A stretch of 64,000 nt of DNA from Bacillota bacterium (GCA_963666425.2 OY762825.2:1216001-1280000), one strand, 5' to 3'. Shown: positions 29,842 through 39,540, counted from the stretch's first letter. Translations and numbers: made by a program. Notes: a model not told the origin generated them from the sequence alone.

Positions 29842-30567
29842 TTAAGCCGGCAGTGCATCTGGCTGTAAATCTACCGCTTCAATCTTGCCGTCTCGTAAGC
29901 GGATTACTCTCTGCGCGTACTGCGTCAACCCCGTATCGTGCGTGATAATCACAAAGGTCTGTTTTTCGATTTCCCGGAATTTTTGGAACAAGCTAATCAC
30001 AATATCCCTGGTTCGGCTGTCGAGATTGCCGGTTGGTTCATCAGCAAGCACAACTGCCGGTCTATTGATCAGAGATCTGGCGATGGCTACCCGTTGCTGC
30101 TCGCCGCCGGAAAGCTGATCCGGTCGATGATGCGCTCTTGGCGTTAAGCCAACTTCATTCAACAGGAAGGCAGCCCGTTCTCTTGCCTCTTTTTTACTGC
30201 CGCCCATGATTTTCAGCGGCAGTTCCACGTTTTCCAAGGCCGAAAGATGCGGAATCAGATTAAAAAACTGAAAGACATAGCCGATACTTTTTCTGCGCAT
30301 CAAGGCCAAACGATCTTCGGACAGCGACACAATGGATTGCCCATTGATGCGGATATCTCCGCTGATTGGCCGATCGAGCCCTCCGATTAAGCTTAATAAC
30401 GTACTCTTGCCACTGCCGGAAGGACCGACAATCATGGCAATTTCACCGGACATCACCTGCAGATTGACATTGTTGACGGCATAAACTGCTTCCCCTAAAT
30501 AAAACGCTTTGTTGAGATTGACTGTCTCCAGAATGATCTGAGGACTGTTTAGATTTTCTTCTTTCAT
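29842..30567 (-). CDS. ABC ATP-binding protein (LolD/MacB type)
   Basis: [38 protein letters not shown]. Confidence 0.95.
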   Translation of the reverse strand: MKEENLNSPQIILETVNLNKAFYLGEAVYAVNNVNLQVMSGEIAMIVGPSGSGKSTLLSLIGGLDRPISGDIRINGQSIVSLSEDRLALMRRKSIGYVFQFFNLIPHLSALENVELPLKIMGGSKKEARERAAFLLNEVGLTPRAHHRPDQLSGGEQQRVAIARSLINRPAVVLADEPTGNLDSRTRDIVISLFQKFREIEKQTFVIITHDTGLTQYAQRVIRLRDGKIEAVDLQPDALPA

Positions 30568-32150
30568 TGCTTTCCTCCTGACGAATCGGTATTTTCGTTT
30601 TGTCCGCTCTGAAAAGCGAGATGCCTGCGGTCGTAGGTTGCCAAAATTTCTGTGGGATAAGCATACTTGGCGGCGTTGGGATCATCCGGCTGGAAAACCA
30701 TTACCCCGGTGAAAGGATCGTATTCTGTGAAGATGCCGTCGCAAGGCGCGATCCATTCCTGGTAGCGGAAGCCAAACCAGCTTTCCTGGATGATCACGCC
30801 TTCACCTTGCCGAACATGCTCTCCCGGATGGCGCAGAAAGGCCCCATTCAATTTCTGATCAACCACATCGGCCTGCAGCAGCCGGACATTTTCCTGCCGT
30901 TCCCGGTATAGCAACTCCGCCTTGGGACGCAGGAGATGATTGATTTTCGTGCTGACCAGCGGGATCTGTCTTGAGAACACCAATTGATTGACGCTGGCGG
31001 CCTTACTCAATAAAATGGGATAAAGCACTGCCAAGCAAAAGATCAGCAGGGTGATGGCGGCATTCTGTCCCATCAAAGCAAAGAGCTGGCTGTGCGACAA
31101 TTCTGCCGACCATTGGAATTGCGGCAAGAGCAGCCAGAGGATGCAGTAACCCAAAGAAATTCCTGCCAGAAAAACCAAGCCATATTCAGCTGCATAAAGA
31201 CTGACGATCTGGGAAAAACGCAGCCCGATTGATTTGAGAATGGCTAATTCCTTACGGCGTTCCAGAAAAGTCATCAACGCAATGGTCATAATCCCCAGCC
31301 CAAGGAAGATATAAATCAGACGAAGCACCCAACCGGCCGGCGCCTGAATATCGGCGATCGCTGCCGCCGCTCGCTCGCTGGGCATGGAGGGGTAAATTAA
31401 CTCCGAGCCGGGATAAACCCGCTGCATATTTCGCTCCAGACCACTGGTATGCAGCTGGATCTCCGAACAAGCTAAAATTTGACCATTCGCTTGCGAATTG
31501 CCGGTTAAGCGCCAGAGATCGTCTTCCAAAATCAAAGGTTTCTGCAGATCATACGCGTCATTGACAATACCGACTAAGCTAAATTCAGCGGTCCTAAAGG
31601 AGACCTGATCAGTAAAATAAGCCAATTGTATTATATCACCGATTCTGTAACCGCACTGTGCAGCCAAGGCTGCCGGCAGCACGATCTGAGCGGACTGCAG
31701 ATGATTGTCCTCAACCCCATTCGCGTTATCCCAATGGAAGAAGTAGGATTCTTTGTTGATTCCCCAGACTTCCCAGGTAGCAAATGGGCTGTAACAAAGA
31801 TGCATACTCACGTTCTCCGCTTGGCTGAACGGTCTGGGTACACTGAGGATGTTGAAGATATCGGCTTTCCCCTTACCATAGTCATACGGATTGAGCGGGG
31901 CAGGCAGTTCTTCCAGCGGTTTTGGAAGCATCCCTTGCGGTAAACGGACCAGCAAATCATACGGTAATTGCAGTTTCACCGCCTGTGCACTGCCCGTATT
32001 TTGTTCACTGATTAACATACTCTGGTAGAGAATACTCAAATTGGCAGTCAGCATCACCAAAACGCCGATTGTTAATAAGCGAAAACGCCAGCGTACGATA
32101 TTTTTGCCTGCCAACGGCCAGACTGCCAGTAGTGATTTAAGTTTATTCAT
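30564..32150 (-). CDS. FtsX-like ABC permease (type B, copy 2) with C-terminal biotinyl/lipoyl-like domain
   Basis: ERRKELAILKSIG; C-terminal GEHVRQGE...ES...IAPCDG. Confidence 0.85.
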   Translation of the reverse strand: MNKLKSLLAVWPLAGKNIVRWRFRLLTIGVLVMLTANLSILYQSMLISEQNTGSAQAVKLQLPYDLLVRLPQGMLPKPLEELPAPLNPYDYGKGKADIFNILSVPRPFSQAENVSMHLCYSPFATWEVWGINKESYFFHWDNANGVEDNHLQSAQIVLPAALAAQCGYRIGDIIQLAYFTDQVSFRTAEFSLVGIVNDAYDLQKPLILEDDLWRLTGNSQANGQILACSEIQLHTSGLERNMQRVYPGSELIYPSMPSERAAAAIADIQAPAGWVLRLIYIFLGLGIMTIALMTFLERRKELAILKSIGLRFSQIVSLYAAEYGLVFLAGISLGYCILWLLLPQFQWSAELSHSQLFALMGQNAAITLLIFCLAVLYPILLSKAASVNQLVFSRQIPLVSTKINHLLRPKAELLYRERQENVRLLQADVVDQKLNGAFLRHPGEHVRQGEGVIIQESWFGFRYQEWIAPCDGIFTEYDPFTGVMVFQPDDPNAAKYAYPTEILATYDRRHLAFQSGQNENTDSSGGKQ

Positions 32151-33636
32151 CGCGCAATACCCCCATGACCGACATGGAAGCGGATTTCAGTGCCGGGAAC
32201 AAACCAAAAAATAGAGCAATCAGGGTAGTAGAACCAATGACCAAACCGTAGTTCTGTAAAACGCTGCTAAGAATTGATAAAAACGGATTCTGATTGGTGA
32301 TTTGATTCAATATCGATTGGATCTCGACCAGAAGGAACCCCAGGCTTCCTCCTAAAATGGTGACCATCACAGCCTCTGTTAAAACCATCACTACAATATT
32401 TTTCCGCATAGAACCGATTGCTTTCAGAATCGCCATCTCTCGTTTGCGCTCAGTCACCATAATCAGAATATTGGCTGCCACCAACAGCGCCGCATTCAAT
32501 AAGATGAGCAGCAAAATCGGCAGGCGCAGATCCGCCGAGATCACGGCTTGCTGTTCACGCATCGTCTGGTTGCGCAGCTCTGTACTCACACTGGCGGGCA
32601 AGGCCCGAAAAGCCGCTGCCGGTTCCAGAGAAAAATTGCGCAGCAACCGCTCTTCCGCTTTGGGTGCGCTGATGAACTGAAAATGCGGCATCTGATTGCT
32701 GAGATCATAGACCGTATCTTCCAAGTAAGTTAAGCTGTTGATCTGGATACTGATTTGCTCGGGATAATAAGCAAGAGATTGACTGGCCTGATTCCAGAGC
32801 TTCCACCAGTAACCTTGGGGCAAATAAAGCTCGCTGCTGTAGGCATAAATCTGTGCGGCGTCCGGCAACGCGGTGGCGGAATTTAAGTAGGTTACATAGC
32901 GAGTGGGGATCGCGACAATGCCAATCACTTGCAGATCAACCGTTTGCCGCAGAGACCAGTGGGTCAGCAAGCGATCCTCGCTTCGTATGACGGCGGGAAG
33001 CTCCAGATGGAGCCAATCGCCGACTTTGATCGGGTTTTCGATGCCGGGTATCGACTGCGGTACCACGATGCAGTTGGAGTCCATTTCCGCTTCGGTAAAC
33101 CAATGCCCATCAATAATATATTCTTCCAGGGAATGATCTGCAGATTCTGCGCCGCTTGCTGATTTTCCCAGCAGAGAAACCGCTGTTTTTTCAACCTCCT
33201 GCGCAGAACCGATGGCGGCTCCGTCGACCCAGGCGGGCATTTGATAGATTGGATTGACTTCCTCAACACCCGCGACGGCACTGATGGCGGCTAAGTCGTT
33301 TTCCGAAAAGTAATTTGCCTGTTCTGCAAGCCGTAAGTAACCGGACTTGGTATATTCCGGATAATACATTCCGTAATCCGTGAAATCGCTCAGCGGCTGA
33401 TCGGTGAAGGTCCACCTTTCCCCTTGCTTCGGCATCTCGAGCGATAATCGCTCTGCATAGGCGATGATCTCTCCGCCATCCATGCGACGGACAAACTGGC
33501 CTGCCCCACCGGCATAGCCTTTTCCTAAGCTAACCGAATAGCTCAGGAAGGAAGCTGCCAGCGCCATGGACAAAATCGCCAACAGGCTGCGGGCCAGATT
33601 TCTCCAGGCATTGGTGACACCCAGTTTGAGAAACAT
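32143..33636 (-). CDS. FtsX-like ABC permease (type A, copy 2)
   Basis: NAWRNLARSLLA, ERKREMAILKAIG, C-terminal VLRDE. Confidence 0.87.
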   Translation of the reverse strand: MFLKLGVTNAWRNLARSLLAILSMALAASFLSYSVSLGKGYAGGAGQFVRRMDGGEIIAYAERLSLEMPKQGERWTFTDQPLSDFTDYGMYYPEYTKSGYLRLAEQANYFSENDLAAISAVAGVEEVNPIYQMPAWVDGAAIGSAQEVEKTAVSLLGKSASGAESADHSLEEYIIDGHWFTEAEMDSNCIVVPQSIPGIENPIKVGDWLHLELPAVIRSEDRLLTHWSLRQTVDLQVIGIVAIPTRYVTYLNSATALPDAAQIYAYSSELYLPQGYWWKLWNQASQSLAYYPEQISIQINSLTYLEDTVYDLSNQMPHFQFISAPKAEERLLRNFSLEPAAAFRALPASVSTELRNQTMREQQAVISADLRLPILLLILLNAALLVAANILIMVTERKREMAILKAIGSMRKNIVVMVLTEAVMVTILGGSLGFLLVEIQSILNQITNQNPFLSILSSVLQNYGLVIGSTTLIALFFGLFPALKSASMSVMGVLRDE

Positions 33637-33731
33637 GCGCTCATCCCCCTCATTTGTCTCAACCGACTTCCGGCTTCGGCTGCAGTTTTGCGACTTTTTC
33701 TTCGCTCTCTACTGCTTTTGGCGTTCTTATT

Positions 33732-35276
33732 CTAAAAGTCCGTTTTCGCCGAATCACTCTGTCTGGCAATATCCGCTGCATCCGGCAGAATCAGCAGCAT
33801 GCCGGAAAAAGGATCAAACTCCAAAAAACCATCACACGGCGCGATCCATTCTTTATAAACGAAGCCGGAGAAACTCTCCTGGATCACGAGAACCTCCCCC
33901 TGCTTGACATGTTCTCCCGGCTGCCTTAAGAAGCTGCCAAATAACTTGCCTTCTTCGACTTCCAACTGCAGCACCCGGACCTTGCGCTCTCTTTCCAAAC
34001 GCAGTTGCTGGGCGGTTGGTTTGACCAAATGATCCAAGCGTTCCACAATCAGCGGGATTTTTCGCTTATAAATCAATTGATTGACTGAGGCTAGTTTGGC
34101 CAGTAAGATTGGATACAATAAGCTGAGCGTTAAGACCAAGGCTGTAACGAAGAGATTCTGGATACTTAAATTCTCCAGAGTTCCCGGCGGCAGGCTCTGA
34201 TACCAGCTGAAGCGCGGGATCAGGACCCGCAAGACAAGTAAACTGCCAAACAAGCCCACAGCCGTGGCACATCCATACTCCGCTGTCAGCAAAAGGACGA
34301 TCTGCAGATTGCTGAAGCCGATGGATTTTAGGACAGCCAACTCTTTGCGCCGCTCCAGAAAGGTAATTAAGGAAAGCGTCAAGACACCAAAGCCCATAAA
34401 CAAATAAATCAGTAATAAAATCCAAACTGAAGGCGCCTGCACCTTTGTTGTTAACTGCTGCGTTCGATTTTGAGCGATCCATTCATAAAGAAAAAGCGCT
34501 CCGGGATAGACCTGCTGCATATTTTCTTCCAACCCGGTGGCATGGGTTAGCAATTCATTGCAAAATAACAATTGCCGATTGGGCACTGAGAGTGAGAAAA
34601 GGCGCATTGCATCCTCAAAGAGCATCAGCGGCTGGGCTAAATCGTCTTCCGTGTCATAGATACCGCAGATATGGAATTCGCTGTCGATTTGGATCCCGGA
34701 CGGATTGATCACGCGCATCCGAAGCGAGTCGCCAACGCTAAGTTGATACGCGGCGGCTTCCTCGGCGGGTATCAGCAAATCTCCTGTTTGCTTGAGCCAA
34801 GCGCCAGTTAATTGCTCTGCAGAAAATTGAAAGACCGCCGTATCCTGCCGTACCCCCAGGATGTCCCAGCGATTGTAGGCGGTATCGGCAAGCCCTCCGG
34901 CTGCCGATTCGGCGTAACGGAACGCGGTTGGAACACTGGGAATTTCAAAAGTAAATTCTTTCCAACGGTTTTGCTCCCAAGAATAAGACGTTTTGACGAT
35001 TAACTTGGAATCCAGTGGTTTCGGCAGTTCTGCCAGATCGAGCGGTTCCATATTTTCCGGCAGTTTAATCAATAAATCATAGGGTAATTCCAATTTCTCT
35101 ACTTCCGCGCCGGATTTTGCCTGTTGGCTGATCAGCATACTATGATATAGGACGTTCAGGGTGGTGGTCAGCAGGACTAAAACCGCGATGACGGCGAGTC
35201 TGCCCCACCAGCGCTGCATATTCTTGCCTGCCAATTTCACTAAGGCTGCCGCGCGATTCCGATTGGCTTTATTCAT
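33732..35276 (-). CDS. FtsX-like ABC permease (type B, copy 1) with C-terminal biotinyl/lipoyl-like domain
   Basis: ERRKELAVLKSIG; GEHVKQGEVL...ES...IAPCDG; start ATG 35276 overlaps the upstream stop. Confidence 0.85.
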   Translation of the reverse strand: MNKANRNRAAALVKLAGKNMQRWWGRLAVIAVLVLLTTTLNVLYHSMLISQQAKSGAEVEKLELPYDLLIKLPENMEPLDLAELPKPLDSKLIVKTSYSWEQNRWKEFTFEIPSVPTAFRYAESAAGGLADTAYNRWDILGVRQDTAVFQFSAEQLTGAWLKQTGDLLIPAEEAAAYQLSVGDSLRMRVINPSGIQIDSEFHICGIYDTEDDLAQPLMLFEDAMRLFSLSVPNRQLLFCNELLTHATGLEENMQQVYPGALFLYEWIAQNRTQQLTTKVQAPSVWILLLIYLFMGFGVLTLSLITFLERRKELAVLKSIGFSNLQIVLLLTAEYGCATAVGLFGSLLVLRVLIPRFSWYQSLPPGTLENLSIQNLFVTALVLTLSLLYPILLAKLASVNQLIYKRKIPLIVERLDHLVKPTAQQLRLERERKVRVLQLEVEEGKLFGSFLRQPGEHVKQGEVLVIQESFSGFVYKEWIAPCDGFLEFDPFSGMLLILPDAADIARQSDSAKTDF

Positions 35277-36756
35277 CTCGCAGCACCTCCATGACAGATT
35301 TAGAAGCAATCTGCAAGCCGGGAATCAGAGCGAAAATTGCCGCACTTCCACATGTAATCAGCAATACAAGCAGGTAATTCAACAGCAAACTGCCTAAAAT
35401 CTGGCTAGCATTGGCCAGATTGCTCAATTGATTTAATACACTGGGAATGCTTATTATCAGATAACCGCTGCTCGCGCCCAGGAAGGTAATGGTCATCGCC
35501 TCTGTCACGATCATTTGGGTAATATCGCGACGCCGGGCACCGATTGATTTCAGTACCGCCATTTCCCGCTTGCGCTCGATGATGAGAATGAGAATATTGG
35601 CGCAGAGCAATAAAGCCGCATTGAACAAGACCAAAGCAACAATCGGCAGCCGCAAGTCCGCCGCGATGACCCCCTGGCTGTCGTTGGATTTTGTTTCTTT
35701 CAGCGCGGCCAGCCGTGCCGGCGGTATTCTGCTGAAGGCCTGCTGTGGCTCCAGTAAAAATTGATTCAGCATCCAATCGTTCAGGGTTGGCACACTGTTG
35801 ATCTGAATGTTGGGCAGCTGTTCTCTTAAGCTGTAGACAACATCCTCTAAATAGGTCAGATCATCCACCTGCACTACATACTGTTCCGGTAAATAAGCGA
35901 GCGTTCCGGCCACTTGCTGCCAGATGGCCTGCCAGGTAGCCAAAGGAAGATAAATATCGTTATGATAACCCTGGATTTGTTCTGTCTTCAATTCTCCCAT
36001 GGTAAAAAAATCGACATCACGGGTATGCAGAGCAACGGTGCCAATTACTTTCAGCTCAATTTCTGTTGTGGCCAGCCAATTAAAACGCAAACCCTGCTCT
36101 CCCTGTATGACCTGAGGAATTTCTATTTTCAGTGTATCGCCGGTCGTCAACGGCTTGACTCCCGACGGCAGCAATTGATTAGAAGCAACCACCGCCACGA
36201 AACTGCCGTCGTCTGTCTCCTGCAGCCAGCGCCCGCTGCTGATCATACCGGCTAAACTGCGTTCCTCGCTGGTTTCCTGCGATAAATCCTTGCCATAAAG
36301 CGAGTTCGCCACGGTTTCCCTCACGCCATGTTCCGATTGATATTGACTATAAATGGGCAGGCGATGGACCGGGTAAACCCCCGTGATACTTTGGTTCTGC
36401 CGTAATACCGTTGCGATGGATTTCCACGCCGTCTCGTCCATTGGGTTGTTGGCCATATAACCGGATTGTTCGTATTTTGAATAGAAAAAATTTAAGTCCG
36501 TCAAAGGGCTGAGCGCCTCCAGACGAAACTGCCAATCTTGCTTGCTGCCGGGTTGCTCGCTGATTAGTTTCTGACGATAAATGGTAATCTCTCCGCCCAG
36601 CATTTGACGTAAAGGCTGACCTGCACCTTGGCTATAACCACGACCCAACGTGAGAAGATAGGCCAGAAAAGCAGCCGCAAATGCCATGGAAATAATCGCC
36701 AATAAGCTGCGGGTCAAATTTCGCCAGGCATTGATGAATCCTAATTGATAGAACAT
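35269..36756 (-). CDS. FtsX-like ABC permease (type A, copy 1)
   Basis: NAWRNLTRSLLA, ERKREMAVLKSIG, C-terminal VLRDE; start ATG 36756 after GAGGTG. Confidence 0.87.
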   Translation of the reverse strand: MFYQLGFINAWRNLTRSLLAIISMAFAAAFLAYLLTLGRGYSQGAGQPLRQMLGGEITIYRQKLISEQPGSKQDWQFRLEALSPLTDLNFFYSKYEQSGYMANNPMDETAWKSIATVLRQNQSITGVYPVHRLPIYSQYQSEHGVRETVANSLYGKDLSQETSEERSLAGMISSGRWLQETDDGSFVAVVASNQLLPSGVKPLTTGDTLKIEIPQVIQGEQGLRFNWLATTEIELKVIGTVALHTRDVDFFTMGELKTEQIQGYHNDIYLPLATWQAIWQQVAGTLAYLPEQYVVQVDDLTYLEDVVYSLREQLPNIQINSVPTLNDWMLNQFLLEPQQAFSRIPPARLAALKETKSNDSQGVIAADLRLPIVALVLFNAALLLCANILILIIERKREMAVLKSIGARRRDITQMIVTEAMTITFLGASSGYLIISIPSVLNQLSNLANASQILGSLLLNYLLVLLITCGSAAIFALIPGLQIASKSVMEVLRDE

Positions 36757-37508
36757 GCGTTCACCTCTTCGCATTGATGATGGATATTGCCAAATATTCT
36801 CTATGTTATAAAAAAAGAGGGTAGAATATCAATTTCATTTAATATAGCATTATATTTTATTAGATTATTCCATCAGTATCCTGGTTTTCCCTTTTAGCAA
36901 AATCGATTCGGAGAAAATTTAATACGCTCGCTGCCAGGCAAAATGCAGTTTATAAAATGAAATCCGACAGAACAGCCAATTATGTTTTCTTAGAAAGCAT
37001 ATTTATACTATTTTATGAATTTTTGTGGGGGGTATGCAATAAATTCTGAGAAGGCTGCTTTTTGATCTTCTTTTCTTTCGCTTCGTATGTTTTATTTACA
37101 ATATCAAAATTTTATGTAGGATCTGACAACATGAAAACAGAAAAAGTGACAGACTCGCTGGCTGATCAGCGAATCAGCTAAGGAAGCATTGTCTGCCGGT
37201 AGCAGAGGCGTTGCGGCGAATATTCTTGAATTTTACCTATACACTAAAACAAAATCACAGTGCTTTGTTTCCAATCTCTTCATCGCACATGCAAGAAAAT
37301 GTTACCTTCTAAAAATTCATACGCTTCTTTTGTGCTTATCAAAAGAAATTGATCGATCGGAAGGAGAGTAATTCTCTGCCATAGAAATACAGATTTAGGG
37401 AAAATACTCCGATCAAAATCCTGTTCTCAGCAGGTATTATCTCGAATCATCGAGAAAATCACGTTTTTACGTAAGCAGACCAACTGAATAAAAGGAGGAA
37501 GTATTTTT

Positions 37509-37937
37509 ATGGCGATTGCATATGCTTACATCCCGGAGGGATATTCTCCAAAACAAAAACAGATTCTGATTCAGGGGACCAAAAAAGCCTGTATGGAAGG
37601 TTTTGGCGTATCGGAAGATCATTCGTTTGTATCGATCCAAGAGATCAAGAAAGAAAACATGGATGAACAGACGGCTACGATGAAATGCCTGTTTGTTTAC
37701 ACCACATTTGGCAAGACACCTGAGGGAAAAAACATCATCTGTAAAGGGTTTGACGAGGCTTGCGCCGCGGCGTTTGGCCAAGACAAGGGACGCACCATTG
37801 TGATTATCAAAGAACACGGCAATGACAATGCCGGCTCCAACGGTTTCTTGCGGCCTTTCAATCCAAACTATGCCGACTACGTCAAAAATCAAGAGGAAAT
37901 GGAAGCAATCGCGAAAGCGAAAGCTTTGACTCTATAG
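37509..37937 (+). CDS. Tautomerase superfamily protein (fused beta-alpha-beta, lacks Pro-1)
   Basis: Two repeats of the G.S/T.E/Q.K...I...E pattern; strong AAGGAGG RBS. Confidence 0.7.
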   Translation: MAIAYAYIPEGYSPKQKQILIQGTKKACMEGFGVSEDHSFVSIQEIKKENMDEQTATMKCLFVYTTFGKTPEGKNIICKGFDEACAAAFGQDKGRTIVIIKEHGNDNAGSNGFLRPFNPNYADYVKNQEEMEAIAKAKALTL

Positions 37938-37947
37938 AAATAGCTAC

Positions 37948-37988
37948 AAAACGAGCTTTCCAAGCGAAACCGCATGGAAAGCTCGTTT
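37948..37988. repeat. Hairpin repeat family, copy 2, likely a terminator
   Basis: aaaacgagctttcca...tggaaagctcgttt. Confidence 0.75.
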
Positions 37989-38171
37989 GTTCATTTCTAA
38001 GCAGTTTTCCGAAAAAGGTCATAAATACAGGGACTGTTTTTAAATTGAAAATCTTATTTTTCGCCAGTCGACAAAGTTGATGATTTCGCAGCCGATTTTC
38101 TGAAGTTTGGCATCAACCCAGGGGCGTGGGTAAGTTTTGTTTCGATTTTACCTTTCAATGGTCTCTGCTTT

Positions 38172-38612
38172 TTATTGCTTTCTTTCCCGTAAAGATAGGA
38201 CAAGCATAACAACAGCAAGTGGAAGCATAATATAGTTTGCTATTCCACCGGGTGGTGTACCATTTAACAAAATCGGCGATTTCATCTGGCCAACCGCCAT
38301 TCTGCCAATGGTTTCAACGAACAGAATGATATAAAACAAAGGGATTAGTGTCCTATACCGAAAAGCCACTAACACTTGAATCAAAGCATAGAGTAATTGT
38401 GATAGACCCCAAAGTCCGAAGGCAAATATAATATTTTTGGTACCTTGTGATAAATCCAGACCCGCAATCGTGCCTGCGCCTCCGTCTGGAGAAAGAAAAT
38501 GGACGAACGACCTTCCTAAGCTTAGAAAGGATAAAATCATAAACACATACAAAGCAATTTTACTGCCTTTGTAGTTACCATCTGCGCTCTTAGGAAATAT
38601 TTTATTCAGCAT
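38172..38612 (-). CDS. Hypothetical membrane protein (about 4 TM)
   Basis: Hydrophobic helices, PDGGA..IAG motif, GAGG RBS. Confidence 0.8.
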   Translation of the reverse strand: MLNKIFPKSADGNYKGSKIALYVFMILSFLSLGRSFVHFLSPDGGAGTIAGLDLSQGTKNIIFAFGLWGLSQLLYALIQVLVAFRYRTLIPLFYIILFVETIGRMAVGQMKSPILLNGTPPGGIANYIMLPLAVVMLVLSLRERKQ

Positions 38613-38635
38613 CTTTTTTTCCTCTCTGAATCATT

Positions 38636-39301
38636 TCATTGATCGCGTCCGCAACCTGCTGTGGCCAAGGGGACGGGGGTGTTGGCACAGACTGATGAAA
38701 AAGGGCAGCCATTGCATCGCGGCTGCTTTTTGCAGTGCTTTTTACCGTGATCGAGCAACAGCCAGTGATAACGGCCAAAAACCGCTGCATCCGGTTCGAT
38801 ACCGTCTGCCAGAAAAGCGCGTCGCTCGGCGTCACTCGCAAAGCAATAACCCATCCGCTGCAAAAAGCGCCTGGTATAGGTATCGATCACAAAGGATGCT
38901 TTAACCAAAGCAAAAGTCAGGATGACATCCGCTGTCTCTTCGCCAATGCCGCGAATTGCTAATAGTTCCCGGCGTAAATCTGCCATGGGTATTTGCTTTA
39001 CGCGGCTAAAATCATATTCGTACTGTACCAGCCATGCGGTGAGTGCTTTAATTGCTGTGGCCTTCGCACGCCAAAAGCCACAGGAACTGATTAATTCTTG
39101 CAGTTCTTGCTGAGAACATACTTCAACGAAGCGCGGGTCATAGCGTTCGCCAATTGCTAACCGTGTCTTCAAAACATTATTCCATGCCGTGTTCTGAACC
39201 AGGATGGATTCCATCATGACTTGGTAAGGGTTGGCTGACCATGTTGGCGGAGTGCCATAATAACGATGCAGTTGCTGATAAATTTCTTGCGATGGCAGCA
39301 T
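38636..39301 (-). CDS. HhH-GPD DNA glycosylase, endonuclease III-related, with 4Fe-4S (FCL) motif
   Basis: ILVQNTAW.N, LLAIRGIGEETAD, VIDTYTRR, C-x6-C-x2-C-x5-C. Confidence 0.9.
   Translation of the reverse strand: MLPSQEIYQQLHRYYGTPPTWSANPYQVMMESILVQNTAWNNVLKTRLAIGERYDPRFVEVCSQQELQELISSCGFWRAKATAIKALTAWLVQYEYDFSRVKQIPMADLRRELLAIRGIGEETADVILTFALVKASFVIDTYTRRFLQRMGYCFASDAERRAFLADGIEPDAAVFGRYHWLLLDHGKKHCKKQPRCNGCPFSSVCANTPVPLATAGCGRDQ
38665..38689 (+). repeat. 25-bp inverted repeat, left copy
   Basis: CCAAGGGGACGGGGGTGTTGGCACA, exact reverse complement of 39436-39460. Confidence 0.95.
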
Positions 39302-39435
39302 TTTACTTCCTCACTTAAAGCTCTGGATTCTCTTTTTAATATTCTCATCTATTATAACAGGATGAAGCCATTTTTCAACCAAAAGGTGCGATTTCGCCGA
39401 TCGTTTCTGAATCTATTTCACTCGCTCCGCACTCT

Positions 39436-39460
39436 TGTGCCAACACCCCCGTCCCCTTGG
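39436..39460 (-). repeat. 25-bp inverted repeat, right copy
   Basis: TGTGCCAACACCCCCGTCCCCTTGG. Confidence 0.95.
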
Positions 39461-39477
39461 AACATTTTTATAACCTA

Positions 39478-39540
39478 TTGACAAGCAACTGTATCACTAC
39501 TATAATACGCTTAAGAACTGTGTTATAGAAGTGATACAGT
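39478..39540 (+). promoter_or_regulatory. Sigma-A promoter with two GntR/YtrA-type operator palindromes
   Basis: TTGACA-17-TATAAT; actgtatcactactataatac and actgtgttatagaagtgatacagt. Confidence 0.75.

Noticed and set aside
37131-37181. Short ORF MKTEKVTDSLADQRIS in the AT-rich intergenic region, considered as a peptide substrate for the ABC system
   Set aside because: Weak RBS and no precursor-like features.
39430-39445. Sigma-54-like TGGCAC...TGC on the minus strand (also TGGCAC near 28449)
   Set aside because: GG-to-GC spacing is 9 nt instead of the required 10, or the -12 element is missing; the first lies within the 25-bp repeat.
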